Part shown: positions 1 through 11,941 of the stretch, piece after piece
How positions within the stretch are numbered: position 1 is the stretch's first letter
Layout of the letters: the number at the start of each line of letters is the position of its first letter
NCBI GenBank assembly: GCA_047495785.1
Contig: JBLDXI010000031.1
Location: 930,001 to 994,000, forward strand
Origin: Lepidodermella squamata
Lineage: Eukaryota; Animalia; Gastrotricha
DNA: 64,000 nucleotides
Direction of reading: 5' to 3'
Translations under genes and position numbers: made by a program
The notes under the pieces: generated by a model
Told to the model about the DNA's origin: nothing
The model's database searches: none
Seen by the model: the letters and a program-made list of their open reading frames with translations, nothing else

Positions 1-2218
1 AAGTCAACAAGGCTTTCGACATTCCGAGCACTAATATAAGTGGCATTCATGAAAATAGAGCCGCCTGTAGTTATATTTATCCCAGAGACCGATCTGGGTG
101 TTGAAATCGAGGAAATTCCGTTTGTAGATAGGCCTTCGGCCGTGATCGAATCCGATGCAGAACGTAATAAAAGGCGGTTAATACCATAGAGGTTGAACGC
201 TGAAATGTTCATGTTGGCTTCAATTTCCAGAGAAAAGTTTCCAAGGGCATTCGGATTCCTCCACTCCTGCGAAATCTCAAACTTTGATTTGATGGTTTTC
301 AAGTGTTCATTCATTTTGAGGTCGCAAAAGAAGCCGCAATTTGATACTGTCACAACGCTTGTCCAGCTCTGTAGCGACAAATCGTTAGCTAACCGTAATT
401 GCCCGATTTTGATTTCACCAAAAGATTTTATGACAGTAGTATGATTCTGCTCGGAGAATGCGGTAGCATTTGCAATCAGAATTCCTCCAGCTTCAACAGA
501 TGCGCATTTAAGCACGCTGCCTATTGTCAAGTTCCCTTGAACCGTTACAGAAATGTTTTCGGCGAGCAAAATATCACTCCGTAAATGGCTGCCCGCCGAA
601 ATCCGCAGAGAATTATTTCCATATAAGCGCTGTTGAGCCGTGATGACTAATTTCGACGAACACTCAACTGTTGTAAAAGCTGACTCGCCTTGATCAAAAT
701 CAATGCCGTTGCCTGTTTCAAAGAAACAGCTGTCACTGGTCAACATCGGCAGGGCGAGTTGAATAGAGCTCATGTTCGAAATGGCAAGTGTGTTAGTCTT
801 GAGTGAGGAAAACGATTTCCCATGTAGGTAAACGCCATAGCACTCGAACGGTGATTTGATGACAAGAGATTTAACAAGAATTTTGACTGAATTCAACTCG
901 ATGTGCATACCATATGTACTCGAGTTGTACACTGAGGGAAAGTCCGAACCGGAATCCGGCCCCTCTAAGATAACTTCGGATTCTGGAGCTATGAAATCCG
1001 AAATAAAGTTGAACTTCCAGCTCTGGAGAATAATTCTTTTAGGTTGTATGGAAAATGAAGCGTCAATGTTCAAAGTGGCGTTGTTCAGTGATCTTACAAC
1101 AACAGTATCCGTGACAGCGAAGTCTCCGGTGAAATTGACGTCCTTCTCCTTAGCAAGTTCCAGCTGAAGCCTGATTGCGGATATGGAACCATTGCCTGAG
1201 GCTAAATAGGTACCTGCAGCAATGAAGATATCATTCGCTCGAAGTAATCCTCGATTTCTCACTGCTTCGGAGGCTCCAATAACAAGTGCCGATTCATCCG
1301 CTGCTATTTCAGCGTCTATTCCATTGTCGAGCTCAATTCCAGCAGAAATGGTTACCAGATGCGGTTTAATCAAACGAGTTTTGGGTCTGAGGACGATAGC
1401 TTTATTGTAATTTTCTCGCTTAGTATTTAAATTTACCTGTTCACAACGGAACCCTTTGCAGTTTTGAGTATTAGTGAAGATGCGTTGGGATGATTCAGCT
1501 GAGAAGGGAGTTCAAACGATAAATTCTGGCCTGACATTACGATCCGGTTAATGCCTAGCTTGCTGTAGCCTTCAATTACCGCCTTGAAATCAACCATCGA
1601 AGTTTGCCGACGTTTACGAACACGCTGATTCACGACGCCGAAAGTTATGTTTCCATCTACCGTTTCAACGTATATTTCGAAGCCATTCGCTACAACATCA
1701 GCAACTGCTCCTTTAACTGACTTTTTGTTTGCATCAATTACCACGCCTATTGCGATGCTGGCGATTAACAATGCTGATATAATTACTCCAGCAGCGATGA
1801 GAATTTTCGTGGTGCGATTTTGGGTGCATCGCTTGCTATGGCCGTCGAGGGGTGGCGTAGTGGATGAACTATGAGGAACGTGATACATTGCCTCCCGCGA
1901 TGTTTTAGGTTTCCTAGTTCCAAGCTCTGCCACTTGCAGTTTCCTCATGTCGCTCCTAGGCGCTACATCGTTGCTCCGGTTGATGCGATCGTCGGGCCCA
2001 GACCTCTGCCTGTGACTCTGTTCCTTAATCCTCTGACTGTTTGAAGCACTAGAGGGACCTGTTGCGAATTCGGTGATGCGATGAAGTATTCGCTCCATGA
2101 GATTCAGTGCCCCCCTGGCTTCGATTATCGGAATTCGCATTTGAGCTATCTCCGTTTCATCCGTCGGCGCTTTTTTAGAAGGAGCCTCCTTCATTTCATG
2201 GGATGAAATACTATCCAT
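1..2218 (-). CDS. Type II membrane protein with furin site and long beta-helix-like ectodomain (3' end runs off the window; start codon tentative)
   Basis: ORF 1433-2320 has one TM (ILIAAGVIISALLIASIAIGVVI) followed by RVRKRR. A GT-AG intron at 1387-1436 joins it in frame to a stop-free minus-strand frame 1386->1, translated by hand (RPKTRLIKPHLVTISAGIELDNG...SARNVESLVD). That frame is rich in I/L/V/S/N/G and N-x-S/T sequons. Confidence 0.7.
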
Positions 2219-5056
2219 GTAGGTAAAAGCCCGCTGCCAAAAGTCTTTTCTTTCTTGCGAATCCACTTTCGATACAGCTAACGAGGCGTGAGCATTAAAC
2301 GGTCTTATGCGAGGCGACAAAGTTTGTAGTAAAACATACGAGCTATTTCCAACTGCTGGAAGGCCGTTAGAGCCTCTAGATGGAAAGTATTGTTTTCGTC
2401 GCTAGGCAAGCGCAAAGATTCGGTGGAAAAAATCGTTATATTTTATCGCATGACGCAAAACCCATTGTTAGGAAATTTTGGATATATAATTAATGAAATC
2501 TCGTCGTTCGTATTTGCTACGCAGTTCCTATTAGCCGAAATTTCGAAATGATAAAACCTTTTTTATTTCATTCCTTTCTCCTGTATGTTATTTTACGTGG
2601 GCGTACATCTACCTTTCAGTGTACCGAAGTGTTGAGGGAGGACCGCGCCCCCTCGACGCTATCCTTGACCGCGACACACCTTGATCCCTACGCCCTCTTC
2701 TAAAGCATACATCCCGTATCTCTAGCCCAAGAGAGCCCCGAGCACTCGAGTAGCAATTTTTTTTACTCACCATTGCATTGCTAAATCACCGTCGGGCGAC
2801 GTCCGCCATGCACATAGGCTAGCTTCCTTATCCGCTATAGGCTAGTGCCCCTCCCCAATATGTAATGCTCCTCAATCGATAAAAATGAGAATAAATTACC
2901 GTATTGAGTCCCAAAGTTGTAGTGAGATCATTTGGAGCTGTGACCCCAGACCATCCATTTGCTTCAAACAGTCGAACAAAATATCATCAAGATTCAAGTA
3001 ATTATTTCTTCAACTTTGCAGCGGGGCCAAAATTGGGGATAGTTTCATTTGCAATCAATTTTAAATATGATCGCCGAATCTCGATCGCTCACGCAGATGT
3101 TTTGGGACCCTGGGCATGGTTTTCATCTTCATATTTGAATAATTTGAGGGTGACAAGGACCAAGGACTATGAATGTACCTAATATCTTATTGCTAACTTT
3201 CCCATTTCATGTTCAATGATTTTCTTGAATTTTCCGGTAATTTTCAAGGAAATTTCAAGATACCGCATACCGCACATACCGAACTACAAGGTAAGGCTGA
3301 GAAAAAAGGGCAGGGCTCCAAAGCCTTCAAAGATTCTAGGAGAATTCTTGCAGTGATTTAAGCCAGGTTTCTTTATTTTACATCGTTTAAAAAGATCATT
3401 TTTGCAGACCTTGTGTTCCTTTTTCAGTGGCAGTTTTTCTAAATTGCTCCACAATTTCCTTCACATGGTCAAGCTTCAAGTCTAATCGCGCCATTAAATT
3501 CCACGATTCCACTCCTGTCTCAAAATACATTTTCTTATATTTTTCGAGCTTCAGTTTCAAAATTTTCAATGTTTTCTAGCTTGTTTGTCACAGAATAGTT
3601 CACGTGAGTCGGATTCCGTGACATGATATAATAACACGGTATTTTTCATAAATTCTCATTCTTTATTATCCATCCGCTTTTTTCAAGAGAAAAAACATAA
3701 ATTATAGTAAATATTAATACCTATAATAATAATATGCCATATTACAATTCAGTATTGAATTTATGGATAATTTCAAGCAGTGTCCAAATATAACGTAGGT
3801 GTATATCAATATCGCTATTTACAATATATTTCTTTCCACACGCGAAACGCAACAATTTTTCCGTTCAAAATGCATCTCTTTATAATATAATTGCGTCATG
3901 ACGATGCTTTTCCTTTCAATTCCAATTTGCTCTACCAGACACATCGAGAAATGAAGTGATAATGAATAAATTATACGAGTACCATGTAAAAGATTGTTAA
4001 CAACACACACCAGAGTGGTAATATTAGCAGAAAAAATAAGAGACGGAAATTATTCTTGAAATGTTATTATCATCATTATTACCATCCATTTTAGCAGCGA
4101 GAATCAATGCAATCAATTCGATGGCGCCGGCCAACGACCAGCAAATTATTTGAGCAGCAGTAAGAAATAGCAGCGAGACGCCACGCACGAGAGAGAGGAG
4201 AAACCGCAAACATCAAACAGACGGCATCACATCGATTTATCATTTTCTACTGTTTGCTAGGCAATTTCGGGCGGGGGCAAATTATCGAAGGAAAAAAAAT
4301 CCATCGCTACGAGGACGCGAGACAAATCGAGGGCATTTTAACAAAGCCATCCATTTGTAAATATTTAATCAAATTTTTAGGAATTTTCCGGGATTTTTCA
4401 AGTTCAAGCGAAAAACACTAAAATTTTGAAAATTGCCAAGTCTAACCCTAAAAATTCCAAATTGTTCTTCATTTTCAGGAATATTACAGAAATTTTCTAT
4501 AATACGTAAAAAATTTAATAATTACGGAAAATTATTTTCTAATATCCCACGTGCCGTCGATTCGATTTTAAACAATTTCCATTACAATTCAGGAAACAAT
4601 GAGATTGCTACATTCAGAAGGAAGACAGCTACTTTCCTAGAGATAACACGAAAGATTATGCAGTTCAAGATATCACACTCAAACATAGGAGAAAAAGTGG
4701 TTGCAATGTGAGATTTTTCAAAAAATTTGCTTTTGGTTTCACAAACACATGACTTCAAGACTAGAAAAGTGCTACGAGGAGAAGGAGAAAATTTCAGATT
4801 GTTATCGAATTTTATACACATTTTTGCTTTCAAAACAGCCATAGATATATATCAATTCTTCAATAGGTAATAATAATCAATCACAGGCAGCAACAAGATA
4901 GAGCGCGCGCGCGGAAAAGGCGGAGATTCTTCTCAGTTTTCATCAGATTCAAGGCAAGGCAACGAGATTAGACAGTTAATTTCGTTCATCTCCGAATAAT
5001 TAGGCACAGATCGAGGCGGAATAAAATTATTCAAAAAAATCAGAATTTTTTGTTAA

Positions 5057-7745
5057 TCACACGACTAAACAACTATCGTTGGGCAGGTTGAACACAGCTT
5101 TATAAGAGATTTCTTGATAAGTTGGCATTTTCGCCGTAAAAACAACGTCGCGAACTTTGTAGGCCGGGAATAGACCGTGCCGACTTGTTCTCTTGTTCGT
5201 GCCTTTCGAAAAACCGTTCCAGTGATTGCCGGCTATGTGAACGTTGTCGCCGACTTCTAAATCAATTTCGTCCTTATCGCCGGCTTTGTGCGGCAAAACG
5301 GCTTGGAATAGGTGATCCCGCTGGCCGCCGTAGTAATAAATGTCATCGAGACTCCGGAAACGATCACCAGCATCACCGTGCAGCGTTTGCATGAGTGCAA
5401 AGGCCAACCGACACACCTAATAAAAATTCAAATTAAAAGAATTGCGTTAAAATCACATAAAAATACATTTAAATATTTTTAAATTTTTGTAAAAATTTTT
5501 GCCAAAATTTCCCAAAATTATTTTGAAATTATTTTTCAAGATGAATTTATAGGATTTTGGCGTGACCTGAATTATTGAATATAACTAATCATTTTTCGTC
5601 AATTTCTTTAGTCAACATGATTCATGGAAAAACTGAATTTATATTTTTTGGCATTTTTGGCAATTTCTATAAACAATTTAAAAATGTCCCTTAAAATTTT
5701 GAAATTGTTTGAAATTATTTTTAAATAATTTAAATTTAATTAATAGGATTTTAACATGGTCCAAATTGTTGAAAATATATGATCAATTTTTGTCAATTTT
5801 ATTAATCTGACCTGTGACGAAAAAGTGCAGACAACGAAATCGGAACGCGACAGCCAAAACAAGTCAATCATGATGCCATTGAGCGACGTATCAGTGTATC
5901 TCGAGTTTAACGACGCGCTCTTCGCAATATTCGGGTCGCAGTAGAACGTGTAGTCCGGAAATCTGTGACGCAAATTAGCGATGCAAATCTTGGCGCAATG
6001 AAATTGATAAACTGATAAACTCACTCTTTCTTAGCGTCATCGTACACGCTCGGCTCGTCCGTTGCTATGTAAACACTTCGCGTGACTTTTCGGCCGAGTT
6101 TATACTCGAGTTGGTCGTAGTACTCGGCTACCCATTTCATATACTCGCCAACACCATGAAATTGAGCCTCTGATAACAATTTATCCGTTCTTCTCACTTG
6201 AATTCTAAGGAAGAAAGAAAATTCAACCACAATTTAAAAAACTAAAAGAAATCTAACCCGACCAAAGGTCGAATTTCTTCAAATTTCTTCAAGTTGACCT
6301 TAAATCTCGACTCGATATCTTTCCGGAGGTTAGAACACGTCGCAGGTAGTGGGCGTAGAATGTAGCGAAGAAAATGACCGACCCACCAAACGAAAGGCTG
6401 GGTATGGAATGACTTCAATTGCGGGGCTAAATCTTCAGGAATTGCCATAGGCATAAATTCAGGCTTCGAATGCAACGAATCGACAATAGGAATTTTCAGC
6501 ACTGGAACGTCTGTTTGAGTATTGCCACCTGAAAAAAAAAGAAAAACCAATTGAATACGAATCAAACCCAATGTTTACCCATAAAATAATAACCCCATTT
6601 ACGCCAAAGCGACAAAAACTTACCAAAATATGAAATCTTATATCGTGAAAGTAAATAGATAAAATATAGGTAATTTGACAATTTTACTCACCAGTCCAAT
6701 CTACGGGTGGATTGTCGGCAAGGTACGCTGAGCATTTCTCAGTATCGCCAATCGCGTGGTAAATACTGTTGAAGCCATTTTGAGTATAGCTCCAAGGTTT
6801 GCCGTTCAGATGAAGAGTTCTTTGCAACGCATAGGCGACCATCATACAGTAAGCCACGTGATGAATTTGGCAGCCAAAGCCGCATCCTTTGCCAATATCA
6901 CACAACGCAAACTTGACCGATTTGCAATCCTTAGGATTCTAAAGAAAAACATTAACAGATAAAAATGGCACATTCTTATTATTTAAGATCAAACCTGTAG
7001 GTGATGTATTCTTTGAAAGACAATCTGTGACAGATTCTGTGCGTATTGCTTTTTCATCGGCTCCAATTCGTCACGAAAGCGCTCGGCGTAAGCAATCAGA
7101 TGTCGGTACCGGTCGTAAACAGGGTCGTTCAGCTTCTGATTATCCTTAAGATTGGTGCGCAGGAAAAACCATGACTCGAGAACTTGATTGTACAAATCTT
7201 TGTATTGACCGCTCAGCCGCAGCAGCAGGTCACTCGGCGGTAGTTTTGCGTTTATTGCATCAAATTTAGGGAGATTCGAGGCGACGGTGCCTTTCGAGGG
7301 CCTGTCAGGTTCAACGTCAACATTGTTGTCTTCAAAGTCAACTTCTTTGGAATGAGTTATTTTTGACAGAGCAGCAGTATTCAAATCATTGGAAAGCGAA
7401 CTCAAGTTAGGATTAGTTTTTCTGAAAACAAAAAAGACAACTCAAACAAACATAAATAAGTAGATGAAACAAAAGTCATATAGCAAGTGGACAAAATTGT
7501 TAAAATCTGAAAACGAGAACTCACAATATACTGGAGAGCATTCTTTGCAGCTCTAGGTTGCGAGCCTTTAGTTCAGAAACAGTTTTCTCTGCGAGCTCGA
7601 TTCGATCCAGACTAGCTTTGTCTTTGTCATCCTTGGCAGTGAAGTTTGATGAAAGCTCCATAGTTACGAACAGGATAACAATCATCCAAAAACCAAACAC
7701 CAAGAACAATAGTCGCCAAAGCGACATCCCGCCGAATCTCATCAT
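5057..7745 (-). CDS. FUT8: Alpha-(1,6)-fucosyltransferase, 7 exons (7745-7525, 7421-6995, 6938-6692, 6528-6258, 6204-6025, 5962-5812, 5416-5057)
   Basis: N-terminal TM and coiled coil. Motifs KGCGFGCQIHH, VRRTDK, VYIATDEP, VCTFSSQVCR and SLDDIYYYGGQ. C-terminal SH3 (AGNHWNGFSKG...GLFPAYKV). Canonical splice sites. Confidence 0.95.
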
Positions 7746-9154
7746 GATATAACGAAGGAAACCCAGTTTCAATTTTTAATTTGAGTAATTTCCTACAAAC
7801 ACAACATTTTCGCAAATAGAATGCAAGTAGCGGGAATCACTCCAAGTGAACTAAACTGATCACATGAAAAGGGCATGATTGAAGTTGAGATTTGGTCCAA
7901 TCTCAAAACTCTAATCCTCTCGGAATATAAGAAGTAAATAAACATGGATTGGATGGATTTGATTCTGTTGGCATTGTTGGGCTGAAGGTTGAATTGTTAG
8001 AGCAGCTGATCATAGAATTTTCTCGCGTACTTTCGAAGCTTTCGAGAGACACATCATATTCTCATGTGAATGAAACATAATATCAGTGGCTAGTCACTGC
8101 CGACTATTTCAAGCGAGAACTCAGTTTCGATCCGATATCTCGTGATAAATGTCGGATTTAAGTGCGGAAAGATAAAGAATATTGATAGGGATCAGTCGGA
8201 ATCGGAATCTGGAATCCGGAAGCTACTGAAAACAGAAAACAGCAAACAACGACTAGGATCTTTTGCCGGGTCGCCGCGAGCCGCGCCAAAAAGCCTCCAA
8301 CTTCCAACTCCCCGCGCCGACTCCGACGCGTTGACCTAAAGATGCCTCTAACCCGCCATAACGAAAAAAATACATTTAATAAATGTAATTTCTGTGAGTT
8401 ACGATCAAAAATAAAAATGGATTTTTGTCAATTGGTAACATTTATTAATAATACGGTTCAATAATTATTGATGTTTGGGCGCGCTCTTATAAAGCAAGCA
8501 GGTTTTGTTTCTCAGTCGCCCGGTTACCCGCGCGGGATCGAGGGTTAGAAAGGTGTGTAAATAGGGTTTACCCGTAGGATCGAGGATCGAGATGGACGTA
8601 TTCCGCGTAATCGCTGTTTTATTGGAGATGAGCGATGATTGCGCATCATTATCGCTCTAATGCTCTTCGGCACGCAAAACTGTTCCCTCCCCATCATCTT
8701 GCGTTGATTTGCTACCTGAAAGTAGAATACTGAGGATTCAATAGCCTGATATGAAGCGCAATTGCGCTAAAAAGTTTTGTTTGCCAACCGCTTCCGTTCT
8801 GCGATTATGTTCCGTCACCTTAACGGCGGAATACCTGGGTTGAATAAAGTTTAATGTCAAAAGCATTGAGGTTTCTTCAAGTTGTCGAGCTTCGTTCGGC
8901 GACTCACTAACAACGTTAAACACTCAACATTCACGTAGTGATTATTTTTAGAGCATTTTTTATTGCGCTTGCATGTTCTTGGATATTGCTCATTCATTTG
9001 CGCAAGAATTTCTTCACAACAACATGCTATCTTACCGCACAACGTAAAGGTCGAAATTGAAGCCTGAAGCTCGAATTGCTGTCATCTAAATCTCTGCATT
9101 CACGACACTTATGCCAATGACTATTTTTTATTTATAGATTTGAACTATCAATAC

Positions 9155-11725
9155 ATGGATTATAAAAGTTCCACGCCGCAATGGCTTCTGGAGGCCATCG
9201 CTACTTCAGTTTCGACAAAAGTTGGTCATTTCTATGCTTCACTACTCTAATTAGCCATTTTATGCTCTAGGAATATAACGAGTTTTCGAAAGCGTTTGCA
9301 GATCTCGTTCATGATCAATTGCTACAAAATCACATTTCTTCGTTCGCCGATCTGACAGATGCCGAGAAAGAGCCTTTTGTCGACGCGACGATGTCTAAAA
9401 TTGCCAACAGTTAGTATTGTTGATTCAAACAGCATATATTTTCAATTACATGTGTGTGTGTTTTAGCTCCGCCGTCGGAGGCTCTATCTGCCGTTCTTTC
9501 GTCGAAAATTGACGAAAGCCTGCATTCATGGGTTGGTAAACAAATGCTCCTTGACGGGGTTTACTCCGAGGCTCAGCCCACACGAACCGATCTGCAACTA
9601 GACGGCCTATATGACGCTATCGTCGCAATCGTACGTCAATTTCCGGCATTACGCTTCCGTCTCCGAGTTCTCTTCAACTGCGACATTCCAAAGAAGTTGC
9701 GACCACCTGTCTGGCATGCGTTTCTCCAAAATGCAAAAAGTAAGCTTCCCTACCTAAATTTTCTTTACGACACACAGATATATTTTTAGTTCGACGGCAA
9801 TACATGAACCGAGTGGCGACAGATCCTAGGCGAGGCTTGTCAGTGATGGATGGCGAAATTGCAAAGAAATGCGACTCGTTACTTGCTGAGCATATCGCCT
9901 TTGCTAAATTCAAAGGATCGACTGGCGCGTTGTATGTCATGAGAATGGCGATATCTTACTACCACAATTTGGTCGATGCTGGAAACACCTTACTCGCTCA
10001 GTCTGAATTTCTATTGTTCTGCCCGTTTCTCTACCATGTTGCTTCATCGATCCCTCGGAGGCAAACGCCCCATCCTGCGTTGATAACTTTACTAGTCGAG
10101 GAATACATTTCATTTCTCGAAAGCCGACCTGCTTTTGTTTGCAAACCGAGCCTGGAAGACGAGCAGTGTAAACAATTTTTCATGAGCGTTGCATCTTCCC
10201 TGCAAAAGTTGAACCCTGAGCTGACTAAACTAGTCGCGAATTGGCCCGCAAAAGATCTGCCCGAGGGATACCCGTCGTCGAGCGGTTTATCTCCCGCTTT
10301 AGCAGCAATTACTCAACCGCTTGTCCGAAACATGTTCGTCGGATTCGTCAACCACAAAGTACTGCTCTACATATGGGACCAATACGTTCTAGGAGTTGAC
10401 GTTGCTGGCTACGCGTGTGAACTGCTATCGATTTTTGTAGCGTTACTGCTTCATTTAGCCTCATCAGCAATTATCGTTGCCAAATGTGAATCAGTTACAG
10501 ACGCGGTTGAATGCATTCGAGAGTATGGATTGTCGATTCAGGTTCAGCAGTTTCGCTATACTTTACATCAATATTTCGGCAGTCAGTTAATTAAAATGCT
10601 ACCTGGTGGCAGCTCGAAATCTGGCAAGGAATTCGCCGGCCAGCCGCCAATTTTATTGATGTCACCTGGTTATGACGGCCGGCCGACTGATCGATTGAGG
10701 GAACGTCAGTTGTTAGAAGCTGCTCGACAACGGCAAACTGACGATGATGTGAAGAGAAACGGCGAGATGAAGTCTAGAATGGCTGATATGGAGTCAACGC
10801 TACATCGTCGATTGAATGAAGGCGAGCAGCGTTTCGCCTCAGTTCGACAGCAATTTGATGAGCAGCTGCGGGTTGAACGGGAAAAACGCGCGCAGATCGA
10901 GGAAAAAGCGCTGAGAGAAGCAGCTGTTTTGCGAACTGAGCTCGAGCAACTGCGCCGTGATCGTGATTTGCTTGTCGGCCGAGCGAGTGGAAACATCCCG
11001 GCTCCGTTTACAGCTCCAGTTACGACAACAACTACTACTACCGTGATTCCACCATTTGTAAGTTGGTTTTGAGACTTCGAATTTCACACCGGCGCTTAAT
11101 GGAGACTTGAAATTTGAGAAGACGCATAAAAGTTTGCAAAATTCAAATGTTCTTTGAAATACTTCGTAATAATTTTGTAATAATTTTCTGAATTTTCTTT
11201 TAGCATCCAACGACTTCATTTTTGCCCGATCCTGTCCAGCAAGCCGCTCCTGAAGTCCAGCAGTTAATCAACCATTATCTGGGCCGTGTTTTGGACGGTT
11301 ACGATCCTTCGATGCCGCCTGCCCAACCGGCTGGCCCTGCAGCCCCAGCCCCGCCTACAGGGCCTCCTAAACCAATCCCACCAGCGAACGACCCGCGTTA
11401 TGAAGACCCAATCAAGTATAAAGACCCGACTACCAAAGCTATTCTCGGCGGAATTTTAGGCTCAGCCGGGCCGAGCGCGGCACGGTTGGCGCATGGAGGA
11501 GCCGGGTCGGCCTTAACTACACCGGGCTTTACAGTTATCAATCCAAACTTGAACGCGGATGGGCAGCGTTTTGTCGATAGGCTTCGAGCTGCGATTGAAC
11601 GAGCTGAGACGCAGCTGTTCGGCAAAGTTCTGGACGCAACCGCTCTGGCTGATATGAGCGAGGCTGATCGCCAAATGACAGTTTCTCGAATTTTAGCGAA
11701 TGTCGCTTCGACCCAGGGTCTTTAG
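9155..11725 (+). CDS. TBC (Rab-GAP)-like domain protein with coiled coil and Pro-rich tail; ~5 exons (approx. 9155-9222, 9271-9409, 9467-9739, 9790-11057, 11204-11725)
   Basis: IPKKLRPPVWHAFL and LLYIWDQYVLG resemble the N- and C-terminal TBC motifs. An E/R/Q-rich coiled coil follows. Short GT-AG introns link the ORFs. Confidence 0.6.
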
Positions 11726-11941
11726 ACCGAACACCTTCTGATTGCTGTGATGTTTGATACGAAATTTATTTTAGCGCTCTTCCATTTGTATACCTATGCA
11801 TTGTTTTTCGGCTTTGAGCCTTCCAGCACTGTGATACTTTTTTTTCGATTTATTGCACAATTTTTTCGAGTAAATGACATTTTTAATGAAGATTTTCTGC
11901 CGAAATTAGATATTGATAGAAATAAAGTAAAAACGGCTTGA

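Noticed and set aside
193-1874. Plus-strand ORFs at 193-1874, and similar short antisense ORFs over other genes
   Set aside because: Antisense shadows of real minus- or plus-strand exons, with no independent motifs.
2630-2860. Solo LTR (TGTTGAGGGAGG...CCTCCCCAATA)
   Set aside because: Only a weak terminal IR, no CA end, no TSD and no second copy in the window.
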